Assembly: GCA_965202585.1 (NCBI GenBank)
Contig: OZ241826.1
Span: forward strand, 63,054,001-63,118,000
Direction of reading: 5' to 3'
DNA length: 64,000 bases
DNA from: Thalia democratica
Lineage: Eukaryota
Shown here: positions 48,530 to 61,800 of the stretch, in pieces
Numbering within the stretch: position 1 is the first letter of the stretch
Layout of the letters: each line of letters opens with the position of its first letter
Position numbers and translations under genes: made by a program
Notes under the pieces: model-generated
What the model was told of the DNA's origin: nothing
The model's input: only the letters and a program-made list of their open reading frames with translations
Databases searched by the model: none

Positions 48530-51500
48530 GTTTACAGCAAAGTTGCCATAGTTTGAGTTTTTGTTAATTAAAAAATTGTAAATTTAAATTTTTTATTTAG
48601 TATTAAACTATCATGTGTCTAGTATTGAAAAAGTAAATGCCAAAGTATAAATTTTGTGCCTCTAAAAAGTTTGATTTATAACGGCTCTGCTTTGAAAACA
48701 AACTTCATCTGAACCTAAAACTTGGGTCAAAATGGAAATTATGGTTTAAAGTATCAATTTTTTATAAGTAAAATTAAGAAACTAATTAAAAAAAGCATTT
48801 AGCTTTTAACTTTTTGATTTTATCGATTTTTAAAATTTGTAACAAGTTAGTATGCCAAAGTCAATTATTATAAGCAATATTTTTTTTCAATAATTTAAAT
48901 TTTACTGTGTCAGGTTTCGTATTTTGTTACTTATTCTTAGTTTTTTTTTTAAGTTTAAGTTAAGAACTTTAAAACATAATTTTTATACAGTTTAAAACAG
49001 TTAAAGTAGTGTAGCTCGATAATCGAGAATCAATGTTTTTATTTCAAATCCATTTAATTTACAAAAATACTCGAGCATGACATCTTAATTTTAACAAAGA
49101 AACGTTTATTAAGCGTTCAGTTTTGCAAAGTTTATTTCTGGCAACACTGCTTCTTGACAGAGTTGCCATTTGGCCATAATGTGTAAATGTGTATAGAAGT
49201 ATTGCCGTTATAAACTAAAGCTTCTTTAAATATATTTTTTTGCATTCATATTTTTAAAACTAGACTCATGCCGATCATAGTTTAAAAACTAAATAGTAAT
49301 TACAACAGCTAGATATTTAAAAACCTTAAATTATGGCAACTGTGCCGACTGTCAAAAGATTTTGCATCCGGTCTTTTTACCATATTTATGATTGTCATTT
49401 TCTTTTTTTGTGGTCAGTATATACTACATAAAAGTGTGTACGAAAACTAAAAAAATTAAAAATAAACTTATTTTGCTTGTTTCATTAACATTTTGATATA
49501 AAATGTTGGTAAGCTTCTTTTTTTTAATTTTTAAACACAAAAGTTATATACATTAAATGTTTGCTTAAAATATTTTTATATCATTTTATTTTAAAAACGA
49601 TTTGTCGGTGACCAAACTTTATTAAACTGAACAAAAAGATTGTTCATCAAAATTTTTCAAAACTAAGACATTAGAACTTGAATTGTAATGATTACAGATA
49701 GCAAGTAGTTTTTAATTTAAGTTTTATCGAAAATCATAAAGTCTAAGACGTATGTAAAATTCTAAGTATATCAGAGCTTTATTTTAAATAAAAAATTGAC
49801 GAAAAAACATAATCAAAACATTTTTCAATGTGTTTTTTTAATTATTTTAATATAACGCTTAAAATAAAGAACATGCGGTTATAAAAGTATTGAAAACAAA
49901 ATATTCTTTTATTCTGTGTTGAATAAATACTATTATAGTTTAATTAAATGATAATATAATTCAATAACTAAATTGCTGATAAAAGAGTTGCGATTATAAG
50001 GAACTTTAGTAAAATTGTAATATTTTTTTAAATTTTAACATAATAAGTTTACAGAAATAAAGCTTTTACAAAGCTATTAAGTTGGTATTACTTTGTTAAT
50101 AACTTTTTAAAATATTTATACCAATTAAATTATATAATATAGCAGTAAAATTACAGTGACTTCATTTAAAAACTAGGCATCCCAAAATAAAGCATTTCTT
50201 ATTCAAAAAATCATACGTTTTAAAGTTTACAATTTTTAAAACTCGTTATTGAATGTTATTTATTATAAACTATAATTTCGTTTTCTTTAACGTAAATTTG
50301 TACGGTGCTTATAAAATTCGTAAATATTAAGGAAATTATGTGTCTATGTATCAGGTCGAGGTTGTACGGCATTCGTAGGTTTCACCAAACATAAAACGCT
50401 GACTTTTTTTTTATAGTGAGGTTATTTATAAATTTGTAAACTTTTTACTGAAGCAGAAGTATTTAAGTTACGAAACTAAAACTTCTTTCACCTTCCTCGA
50501 AGTTTACATTAAAGCTTGATCATACCAATTAGATCAACAGACCACAAGCCTTCGGTAGACTGAGAAGTTTCTTGAAGATATCAAAATATCAAAACATCAA
50601 AATCATTATAAGTCTTTATTTTTTATTCAGGAATAACAGTTTATTCACTAGTGTGCCTTTAGGGGAGGTAATTAAGCTTAAAGCGGATCAATTGTATTGA
50701 CAAAGCATTGGACAATTTATGTAAAAAAAGTGTTTTGTCAAAGTTTTATAATTGGCAAGAAAAAGAAGCACATTTTTTATGACACAGTATTTTGTCAGAC
50801 GTATGACATTGCTACTGTCTCGCCTTTAAGTTATATCTGTATAGGTCCTGACTTAAATCCCTAAACTCAGAATCAAGTGCATAAACTTAAAATATATCAG
50901 ATGCATCAACGATTGCTTACTAGGAAATAAAAGAAAAATAAAAGTTTCTATTTCCAAAAGTTCAACTAAACTGTACACTTAGTATGTGTTTTTTAGTTTC
51001 TAGATAGAAAGAAAACAGATTAATGATCGTGATCTACAAAAATTTTACTTTCATTAATCATTAAATCAACTTTCAATCGTACTGTGGTAAGCAAGTAATG
51101 GTTTGCTTTAAAAAAAAAACTTATGTTTTTGGGCGTACAAAATCTGTTGACCAAAGTCTTTTGTTGAGAAATAAAGAAGATTAAACAACTTCTAAAAAGT
51201 TATTAGTATCAATAAGTTTTAGTAAAACAAAACTCGAATAAGTTGAATAAATTAATTATTTAGACCCTGAAAAATGTCCATTTTTAATTTCCTTACATAG
51301 GTAACAATTTAAACTTACCTGAGAAAATTGGAAAAAAAAAGAAAAATAACACATTTCTTAGTCAAACCAAGATCAACTTTGACATCAAAATCTATTCAAA
51401 CCAAATAAAAGTACTATAAAAATTTTGTTCTATAAAAGTTTAAATTCTGCTTTAAAAGTACTTAAGTTATGATCTAATGACATCTAAAACCCGAGTAAAA

Positions 51501-52228
51501 AAGCATGTTTCTGAATGCATGGAGTTAATAATAAATTTAATCATTAATCTATTAGGTAATGTTATAAAGTATCTTCATAATCAAAAAATTTGATTAATAA
51601 AGCTACCTGTGCTAAAAATGATAAGTTAAAAGATTTGAGTTTTAAAAAAATCTGTAATCATTGTTGATTTATCTTTTATTTTGATGTTGATTAATTAATG
51701 AGTCAAATTTATATCATTTAAATAAATATAAGTTTTTTTAAAAGAGAGTTGTTGCTTGCACCATGGCGAATTTCAGCTTAATACTTTTTTTAAACAAATT
51801 ATATTTTTTAATTAATTTTTTGTTTATTTATTAAATACAACTTAAATGATACGTTTGTAAATTTTGGTAACATATAAGCTTGTGCTTTATCATTTTCGTT
51901 TCGTTTTTTTTTCTAATGAAAATTTGATGAAATATGTAAAAAACATTAATTTTACCCCTGTTGTATATCTCTTTTTTTGCCAAATTAGCAAAATATTACA
52001 AAAAAAAGTGTTTATGTTTAGTTTTTAGTCTGCATGCAAAGTAATTTTACGTATTTTTTTTACAAACTCAAAGCAAAGAAAACTTATTGTTTTAATTAGA
52101 TTAAGTAATAAAAATTAATAAGTAATAATAAAAATAATAGAAAAATAAAAATTAAACTAGTTTGTACAGTACATAATTTTATTTTAGTACTACGATAAGA
52201 AAAATTGTTTAATGGTACGAAATAAAGT

Positions 52229-52357
52229 CTAAACAGTAACGCATTTAGTAACAGGTTGTCCATATCCATTAAGTTGGCATGTACATGTTTTTCTTGCAGA
52301 TTTTGCAAAATTATTAACTACTTCGCTATACAATGTCTTTGTAAAATCAGAAGATTT
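52229..52357 (-). CDS. LLTP terminal exon: KSSDFTK...KTCTCQLNGYGQPVTKCVTV*
   Basis: tttttacag acceptor; TAG at 52231-52229; AATAAA on the - strand at 52178-52183. Confidence 0.85.
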   Translation of the reverse strand, partial: KSSDFTKTLYSEVVNNFAKSARKTCTCQLNGYGQPVTKCVTV

Positions 52358-52830
52358 CTGTAAAAAAGATAAAAATTAATACAAGTTTTGAAGACATCTT
52401 AAATGTTTTTAAAGTTTCGCGCAAATAAAATTGCTGAAGTATATTTATACAACAGTTACAATATGAATGTTATTTTGAACAAAAAAAAACTATTAATACG
52501 GATTTAAGTATATAACAGTGTTTTATATATCATATGTACTGATGATAAGTTGTAGAACATTAGTATTTGGTTTCATGTAAAGAATAGTATAAGTAGTATA
52601 AAAAAAAATTCTCTTTTAATTGTTATAGCAAATCATATACTTCTATGAAATTGCACACTAGTGTATACTCATATTGCTTTTTCAGAAACTTTGCATTAAT
52701 TTACAAATCTAGCTTTATTTCTACTTAGTCTAGTTTACTGTACATAAAATAATTACTAAAATTAACTTTGATAAAACACTATAAAAATATAGATAGTCTT
52801 TTCGTTCTTGTAACATTTAATGAGACATAC

Positions 52831-52971
52831 CATATTGGTTCCATCCCAGACAGCTCCTATATTTTCCATTGCAACCTGAACACACAAGTCATCGCTGTTT
52901 TCGACTATAGTAGTCCTGTCAACCTCACGGTTGCCTTTAATAAAAGATTTTGCCGCTGTATAGCCGTAGAC
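52831..52971 (-). CDS. LLTP exon: VYGYTAAK...DDLCVQVAMENIGAVWDGTNM
   Basis: tttag acceptor, gtatgt donor; 141 nt, phase 0-0. Confidence 0.85.
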
Positions 52972-53181
52972 CTAAATATTCGTAACGATTATTTATACAT
53001 ACTTAGTATTAAGTTATTTTAAAATAACCAAATAAAAAGTTCCAGTAAATTACAAAACCCTTCGGATATGTATTTATAAATTTTGATAATGAGTATTATG
53101 ATTAAAAAATTAAGGAATATATGCTTAATAGAACATAAATTTTGTCAAATATTCTATAAAAGTAAAAATTTGTTGGCTTAC

Positions 53182-53448
53182 TTTTTTGCTTCTAGACGTA
53201 GTTGCGATAGAGTTCATTGGCATGTGATGGTAAGCAATGCCTCGTTCGTTAAGGAACGCATTTACTTCAGCCAGAGAAACAGGAGTGTTTACGTTGCACG
53301 CATCACAAGTAATATGAATAAAAACTTGATGCGATCCTCCTCTAAATGGCAATGCGGATGCTGCGTACATTACAGCTGACATTCCATCGTCACCTGCTTC
53401 TTGTGAGCTAACTGGAGTTATCTTTTTAATTCTCTTCACAATGTCAGA
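53182..53448 (-). CDS. LLTP exon, vWA-like: SDIVKR...GDDGMSAVMYAASALPFRGGSHQVFIHITCDAC...SRSKK
   Basis: taccag acceptor, gtaagc donor; 267 nt, phase 0-0. Confidence 0.85.
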
Positions 53449-53623
53449 CTGGTAGCAATAAACAGTTAGAATTGTACAGTTTATCATAAATTATCGTTAA
53501 AGTTTAAACATATTTTTAAAAAATCGTTTTCAAAAAAAAAGCTATTTGGATAATTTTGATAAAAAAATTATACAAAAAACTGTACAGTTATTTTTTTGCT
53601 ACAGAAATATGATAAGAACTAAC

Positions 53624-53798
53624 TTTTTTGCCTGATGATATTTTTCCACCTTTTAGTGTGTAAGTGTGCGGTTGTTCTATAGCGCCACCATATCCAACAA
53701 GGTAGTAATTTGTGCTCTTTAATTTATTCTTTTTAAATGCTTTTCCTGCTTCTTTAATAAACTTCTTCACAAACTTGCCAAGATCTTTTGCTTTGTCC
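53624..53798 (-). CDS. LLTP exon, vWA-like: DKAKDLGKF...YYLVGYGG...SSGKK
   Basis: ttcag acceptor; AA|G completes Lys; gttagt donor; 175 nt. Confidence 0.85.
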
Positions 53799-54122
53799 CT
53801 GAATAAACATGCTATCATAGAAACAATTGATATGTAAAATTTTAAGTTTTTATTTAACTTTTTTGATAAAAACTAACAACTTTAATAGTAATAAGTCTAA
53901 GAAACACCTGTTTAAAATCTTTTGTTTATTAATAACGACATTTTATGGTTTTGTTTTGTATTTGAAATAAAACATTGCATGTTTTTCAGTATATTATTTT
54001 AAGTTTCGATAATTGTTTACTATTCGTATTAATTAAGGTAAGAATGTACTTCAAAAAGCTGTACTTTTGACTTTTTAGTTCAACAAACTATTATTTTTGA
54101 TCTTCTAAACTTAAAGACTAAC

Positions 54123-54313
54123 TTGATACACTGCGCTTCTTGCATAACAAATACAACATCTACTCCTTGAACATTGTATTCTTTTTCATTTTCACCTGAA
54201 AATCCAGATCCTTTTACAGCATCACATTCAACACATTGTGGTGGTAGTAAAACAAGTGCTCCGTATAATGTACAAGTTGTGTAATATGCTTTTGCAATCT
54301 TGCAGAAGTCAGC
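54123..54313 (-). CDS. LLTP exon, end of C8 and start of vWA-like domain: ADFCKIAKAYYTTC...VDVVFVMQEAQCI
   Basis: AG acceptor, gttagt donor at 54122, phase 2; 191 nt. Confidence 0.85.
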
Positions 54314-54445
54314 CTTTAAAAGTTAAGTTTAGATTAAAAGTTATGGACTTTTTTTAAATTTACAAATAAACTATATGTTTTAAATTACCGTATTTAATTT
54401 AGAAGACAAAAAGTGTTTTCTGAAAACTAAAGGAGTTAAAAAAAC

Positions 54446-54613
54446 CTTGTCTTTCATGCACGCAGCATAAAAATCTTCAACAGGCACAACAGGGAAGCAA
54501 GCACGGGCATCTGATGAGTAGTCTTTGAAGTAATCGTTACAAGTTTTGGTCGCTGAACCATCATCTTCAATCGATTCATATGCATTGGTATGACTACACT
54601 TGACATCTGATAT
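54446..54613 (-). CDS. LLTP exon, C8-like Cys-rich domain: ...CNDYF...ACFPVVPVEDFYAACMKDK
   Basis: ctttag acceptor, gttttt donor; 168 nt; C8 pattern C..F...CF..V....FY..C..D. Confidence 0.85.
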
Positions 54614-54739
54614 CTAAAGATTTATAAAATTAAATAAAGTTTAAGTAAATAACATCTGAGAGCTAAAGATAAATGGAACTAAACAAAGTTAAATAAAAAA
54701 ACATCTGAAAACTATTAAAACTATGGCTATACAACTTAC

Positions 54740-54961
54740 CTCCCATTTATACGCAAATGTAGATACATCTTGAATTCTTGTGCCAGATGGAGAAGTGAAG
54801 TCGAAGTTAGGTTCATTGTTAAAAGTACCGAGTAATCCTCCAACAGAGGCAAAGTAGAACGGATTAATGTTAAGAACAAAAAGTTTTGTAGAAATGTCGA
54901 AAGTTGCTTCTATTTTGTCAGTATGCTTCACAACGATTAAATCAGCATGACGAACGGCAGT
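54740..54961 (-). CDS. LLTP exon, vWD domain C-part: ...GGLLGTFNNEPNFDF...FAYKWE
   Basis: ttttag acceptor, gtaagt donor; 222 nt; vWD GLxG-x-FN motif. Confidence 0.9.
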
Positions 54962-55170
54962 CTAAAAGATTGTTAAGTTAAGCACTCAAAGCTTGTTTTT
55001 AGTAAATTATTTCTTTACTCAAGTTCTTCGTAGAACTCTGAAAGAAAAGTAGCTTAATGTTTAAAACAACAAGTAAACTGCAGAAAGTTGCAGTATCTAA
55101 TAACTAAATATTTGCTCCTTTAGATTAAATGAGAATTATAAAATATACCTATGCTTAATTTTAAACTCAC

Positions 55171-55425
55171 AAGCTCATTGGCGTATTTGTTGAATGGAAG
55201 GTCTACCGATTTTTTGTTGTAGCTTACACTTCCATCGAAACCTACAGAGATCCACTCATTGCCGTACATTACTCCGTATGTTGGTTCTTCACCGTAAGTA
55301 AGAGTTATAGTAAAATCCTTTCCATCTGTAGCCAGGATGTGACTTGAATCACATTTACTGCTGAAGTCAAAGTATTTTCCATCGAATGTTCGATAATGCT
55401 TGAAGTCTGCTACTATTGCATGTCC
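55171..55425 (-). CDS. LLTP exon, vWD domain N-part: GHAIVADFKHYRTFDGKYFDFSSKC...
   Basis: tttcacag acceptor, gtgagt donor; vWD H-x-x-TFDG motif. Confidence 0.9.
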
Positions 55426-55533
55426 CTGTGAAATAAACAAAACTTTATAGTGTTTGAATGCAAAATCTCAACTTTTTATAAACAGCCAACACCATTGTAT
55501 AAACTGTAATTAGTTATTATCATATAATGCTAC

Positions 55534-55716
55534 CTTAAACGGTGGTCTTTGCTCTGACAAAGGAGTATAGTAAACTGCTCTTGCCAAGTAGAAAGTGTCC
55601 ATGTATCCGTAAGCAACAGCAACGAGCTCCTCTAGTTTTCTTGACAATGCTGTCTGAGTAAACCAGACTTTCATATCTTCTACTGACGGAATTTCAGAAA
55701 TAGAAAACGTGTCAAC
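55534..55716 (-). CDS. LLTP exon: VDTFSISEIPSVEDMKVWF...EQRPPFK
   Basis: AG acceptor, gtagca donor; 183 nt, phase 0-0; PPF motif typically precedes vWD in LLTPs. Confidence 0.85.
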
Positions 55717-55887
55717 CTTTTATAAGCAAAATTTGAGTAATTGAAATATGAACGCAATCAAATTAACTTAACACATAAAAAAACATTTAAAACTAACATT
55801 TGTATTTAAATATAAATTATTAGGCTTCTTAAATTATTTTTGGCCATGTTGAAAATTTAAGTAATCAAATAGAAATTTTTAACTAAC

Positions 55888-58800
55888 CTTAAACGCCAGA
55901 GGTAGTGAAATAACGACTTCGTTCTGATTGACAACCACCAAGTCTTTAACTGGTCCTCTCATTTTAAGTATTAAAGCACTGATATTAGCATCAAGGTAAC
56001 TTAACGATTTTTCTACAACTTCTTCTACAAGCGTAAAGAAGAGATCTGCTGCGTTGAAAATGTCAAAAACAGGTCGGGTAAATTGGAGGTTGTCGACCAC
56101 TGTAGCTTGTATATCACTAACGAATTCCGTTTTTTTGCTGTCTATTAGTTCTTGTACTGGTGATAAAAATAAATTATTATATTCGTTTACTTTTTCCAAC
56201 ACCATTACGATTCCAAGTTTTATTGATTTCTGAAGATCACGCTCTTGGCTTGAAATTGTAGAAGTCAACCCGTTCGTAACATCAGTCACAAACTGCGAGG
56301 TTCCCGACCTTGCTGATTTGATGTTTTCGGTTATGTATCTAATAAACTGACTAAGTTTATCAGAAGCAAAACTTGACTTGCTTATAAGATCTGTGAGTGT
56401 ATCTAATAAACTTATTATGTTGTCAGAAAGAACATCAATATTGTTTTGTAAGTTGCTGTTTATTATTCCTGCGATACTGTTAACCATTGAACCAATTGCT
56501 GGATTTGCTTTCATACTTAGCTTAATCAACTTTCCTCGAATAAGTGACATTTTGATTGCACCAATTTCTGTCGTTTTTATGTCTTCTTTTATGTTCAAGC
56601 TTAAGCCTACATTGGTACCAACTTTTTCAGCTAGGAGATGGAAAGTATATTCTCTACCAAACAAGTTTCCTACACCAAAAAACATGTCAACCCCATTATC
56701 AACACTTTCTATACCACTTATAAAATTGGCAAGCTCCTCGTTTGATTGGTTCTTTTGGTATAGCTGCCCAACATATGAAGTCAATTGACTTAAAATTGAG
56801 CCTAGGTCTCCTGCATACAGCATTTTTTCTTGGCCTGGAAGTTTAATTTCAAACTTCCAGATACTCAAAACGTCGTAAGTTACTTTAAACTCATAACTTT
56901 CATCGTTGATCTGTTCCCAATTAAATTTAACGTATATTCCCTTTTCTCCTACTTCGGGAGTGTTTATAGAGGAAACCTTCAGATTAAAAGGACTTGTGAG
57001 CTTTGGGCTTGTCACTGATATAACTGCCGAATATTCGTTTTCGTTTCTGTCTTTTGTCAAACTGTACTGTAAACCAAAATTTTTATTGTCTTCTTGGCTA
57101 AAGTCAATACTTAATTTACCTTCAACAATTGTAGCTTCATCTTGTTTTAGGACCAAACTATTCGTTATAGTAATAGGATTTACAAGCAGTTCGTTGGCGT
57201 AAGTCAAAGTAATTTTTACACCCTTTCGAGTCTGTAGGAAAAGTGAATTCAAATCATTACTCTTTGGAAGTCGCATTCCAAATACTGACAAATCATGCGG
57301 GTGTCTGAAAGAAGCTTCAGATTTTACTCTGCTAGAAGTGCGAGATGATGTTGGTGTGTTTTCTAAGCTTAAGTGGTACTCATTATTGTCTAGTTCAACT
57401 GTCCAGCTAAATGAGGGTAAAGCACCAACTTGCTTCTGAATTCCATTAATGTTGAAAGTTCTAAAGTTAACATAAGGAGCTAAACCTCCGGTTGACAAAC
57501 TTAAATCTAGTTCATAATTAAAACCAAACTGGCTTGGTTTGTTGGTAAGGCTACCTGAATATCTTGTGATCGGATTGTTGTTAAATTGTAATGATCCGGT
57601 ACTTGTTGTGGTTTCTCCTAAAGTAAAAGAGTTGCTTACTTCGAAAAAATCTAAATTAATTTCTGGAAAAACTGATTGTTTTACGGAAACTGTAATATCA
57701 TATGACCCAGTTCCATAAGTAAATTCTTCAGAAACTTTAAGTAGAGTTGCTCCAGCATTTTTTATCTCTAAATCGGTATTAACTGTTTTTTCAAGTATAG
57801 TTACCTCTGCATTTGCGCTGTGGGTCGAGTATCTAGAACCTTTTAACCCGTAATTAAGCTGAACTTCTCCCTTATGAGATCCAAACAAAGTTTCATAGTT
57901 TCCTTCGTAAGCGGCATTTATTTGTCCTCCATAACTGACTTGACCTAGGTCTATGCTTCCATCGAGATCTGTAGTTAGTCGGGGGGTTGAAAGATCAGTG
58001 ATTGATTCGATGTTAATGGATGAAAAACCTAAAGTTTTTGATGGTTGATCAATCACAAGAGAGACTTTGCGCTTCAAATTCATGCTTGACCATTCAATGT
58101 TGAAGTCAACTTTATCTTCTGGACCTCCCCAACGAACTGAGCCTGTCCTTGAAACAGACTCTGGACCTCTATTGTGGGAAGTTGAAGCCCCATAAGTATC
58201 AGAACCAACGTCCAGCTGAAATTCAAATACTTCTACCCCAACTTTGAGCACTGCTTCAGATTTCTTTCCGAAACCAGATGATGTCACAGTAACAGTTTGT
58301 ACGCCTGTTTGCTGATCTTTGCTTGAAATAATAACTACTTTAACGTTATTATCAAACTGTTTAAAGCTTGAAATTACCTGTAATTCACTTTTGATATCTG
58401 ACCAATCGTTACTATGAAGTTTGATATAAAAATCTAATTTAGCATTTTCTTTATCATTTGTATGCGAGTTGAGATTAGCAGTAAAAGTGATTTTTCCTTG
58501 TATAAAGCTATATTCAGTTGTAAGTGTATGGTCAATTTTGTAAAAAGGAATTTGCATAGTAAATTCTGTATTTGCCACGTCGTATTTTCCATCGAGACTA
58601 GCAATCAAGTTGTTATTTAAGTCTGATGCTTTAAAACTTATTTTTCCACTACTTTCTAAAGTAATGTCAGCATTTAGTAGTTCAATATCCCTATACTTTA
58701 AGTACGATATCATGTGGTATGGAGCAGTAGTAATTTGTAAATTTAATTTTTCAGGAGTCCAATCACAGTTTTTGCTAGTAAACAAAATTCCAAAGTTTTT

Positions 58801-61800
58801 GTTAACATAGTGACATCTAGCATCAATATTAACAGTTCCATCGTCGTAAGAAATTCCGTACTGGCTACCGTAGCTTTTCTTATATACCTTAAAATTTACC
58901 GAATAAACTTGATTGTTATAGTTTAGGTAAGTTGCAGTTAATGGAACAGCGGTTTGTTCTGAAGGGTTAGTAAGTTTATCGCTATCAAAATCAAAGTCAA
59001 AGTCCACTTCGTCATCTAAATTGAAAGTTAAGGTAACTCTTGTAGTTTTTGTGTTAAGTCCAAATGAGTATTTGTACCAATCAACATTATCACGTTGTTC
59101 AAATCCAACTACATTTATTTTATCATTATTAAAAGACCAGCTACTTTCATGATGCCATTTGTTTGTTTTTGGATCAATCATATTTGTTCCTAAAGTATAA
59201 ATAGAAGTACCTTTAGTAGCTTCGTTTTCTTCTTTAATGAAAACGTTCAAAAAATCTGACCCATATTTTCCACCTAAGCTTGTTGACCAAACAAGCCAAT
59301 TTTCAAATTGACCCTCGAAGTTTGCACTGATGTTATTTGGAACATAAGAAATAAGTTTTTTAATGCCGTGCTCGAAAGTTACTCCTGCAAGAATTCTTGT
59401 TACGTCATAAAAGTCAAAATCACCAAGTAACCTTAAACTTGCCTTTTCTTCATCAGCTGTGCAATGCAAGGTCCAATCAAAAATATCTTTGTTGTTATTG
59501 CTTAGTTCTAAAGCTATATTTTTTGGAAGACCTGCTTGTTTCCATTCTTGTATTCCTAAAACAACTTGAAGTACAGGTTGCATGTCGTTGTAATTAGCCC
59601 TCACTGCAAAGCTATCTGATCTTTCTGTACTAAGTACACTTATCCTGTTAATTACTGCCAGACGATAGTCATGATCACCACAATCGGCAGACAACTTTAC
59701 CTTCGATTTAATTAAGTGAGGTCCTGATGTGTAGCCAATATCTCCTTCAATGTATCCCTTACTTTCTTCCCATAAAGAATCAAATCCAAGCTGGGCAGAT
59801 TCAGGAACACCGAGCCCGGTTAAGTGGTAATTATTCTGTATCAACGAAATTCCATATGAAAGTTGTTTTTCAGTATATTTATAATCAACTTTACAGTAAT
59901 GTTTAAAAAAGTTTTCTGAAGTGGTGATGTTAAAATTTATTTCTGCCTCCGATTCACTAACTTGCCCACCAAATGCAACGCCAAGATTCTGGTCAAGAGC
60001 AAAGATATCATAATCATGGTTGAAGTCCATTTTATAGTAAAAATTTTCTGGATGGACTCCATAAGAAATAGATAGTGTGGCAGCATTAACTTTTTTATTC
60101 AATTCTGTTTTTAAGGTAAAATCAAACTGACCATACTCTTTTACAAAATTAGCATTTAAGTTAGACTGTTTAGGTACGAAAAAGTCTTGAATATCATGAT
60201 TGAAATTAGCGAAAAATCCTTCGGTTGTCAATCCAGAATCAAACTGAAATGTATTTTCTTCTTTGTTTTTTCTTACTATTTCTCCTTCAGTTTTCAGTGT
60301 TTGTTCCGACAAATTAATGATAGAAGTAGTTTTAAACTTCCTTGGAAAACCTAAAGCTTTCAGTTCTCTTATTCTGTTTGATGTACTAAATTCAACTAAG
60401 TAACCATTATCTACAAACTTCAGATCTCCATCAAAGACTAATTTTTTATTACCTTTCTTGTATTCTATTTTGATGTTTTCATCATCTTCAAGTACAAGCT
60501 GGAATTCGAGAGATTGAGTATTCGGTATCATCTCGAAAATGTACTGTTTTAACTCACCTTCAAATTCATATTCATTTCCATTTATATCTAACTTTAATTC
60601 GACGTTTAGTACATCATTGTCATCTGATACTATCTCCAAGTTACCACCATAAGCTTCTTGATGAACTTCTAAGATTAGCTTTAGCTTATTTGAAAAAAAG
60701 TTGTTATTAATATAGTTTTGAAAGTGTTCGTACTTTATTTCTTGAAATTCTAAATAAGTATCACCTTTCCATGAAATAGAGACTTCTGCATTGTTTTCTA
60801 AACTACCAAATCCTGTTTCTACGTCAATGCTAACCTCATTTGTTTCAAAATGAAGCTGCGTTTTTACAAACATAGTTTTAGGTATTCCGTAGCTTTCTAA
60901 AAAGTCAAAGTCGTGTTTTACATAAGCATCTAATGTATTGTCTTTACTTTGATAGTCAAACTTAAATCCTACACTTTTTTCTTGTGTGTCGTAAGATACT
61001 TTAATATCAAAATCCCATGGATGTTTTCCTTCTGTAAAGGTAAAAACAGCTTCTTTTGGGACACCGTAGTACATAACAATACTTAAGTTCTGTATAAAAT
61101 GAATATATACTTTTTTTTCACCGGGATTGTAGTTATATTGAAACTCTAATTTATGCATTTTATCGTCAATTTTTACATTAAAGTTTAGTCCCTTGTATAC
61201 ATTCTGGCTAGTTGAAGCTGATGATGAGTAAGATGCTGATACTTTCAAATCTTGTGGGACATTCTCAATTTCAAAGTCATGATGGAAGCCTATTTCAACT
61301 TCTGACGAAAGTAAAGTAAGAGTTGCAAAAAGTTTAGCTTTATTTTCTTCTTGTGTCTCAGAGCCGTACAGATCCTTAAAATGACGTAAAATGTTACTAT
61401 CAACTTCTAATGAAACTTCTTGACCTAGTGAATAAGAAAGATCTGTGTTAGTTTGAATTCTGTATGGTAAGTCTGTATTAGCATCTAATAGCTCAAATAC
61501 ATTAGTTTTGAAGTCAGTTGTAAGTTGGTATCTAGGATTCTTAGTTAAAATACCCATAAGGAAAGCTTTATAGTTTTTTTCATTATCTGTCGAATATCCT
61601 CCATCAATTGTGAGACTTTCTCCGTCGAATTTTATGTTAAGGTTAGTTTTAAACTGTTTCCAACCGTTTATCAAAGCAATTCCACTATCGTTTATGTCAG
61701 TATCAAAACTAAATCCTGTATCTGTTTTTTGGTAAGCAGTTTCAAAAGAAATTGGTCCCAACCCAGCGCTTTTAGCATCATACTTTACAGTAATCTGTTC

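Noticed and set aside
50470-50580. Possible retroelement RT relic (SFTFLEVYIK...HKPS)
   Set aside because: Too short, interrupted by stops and a frameshift; cannot be supported without a search
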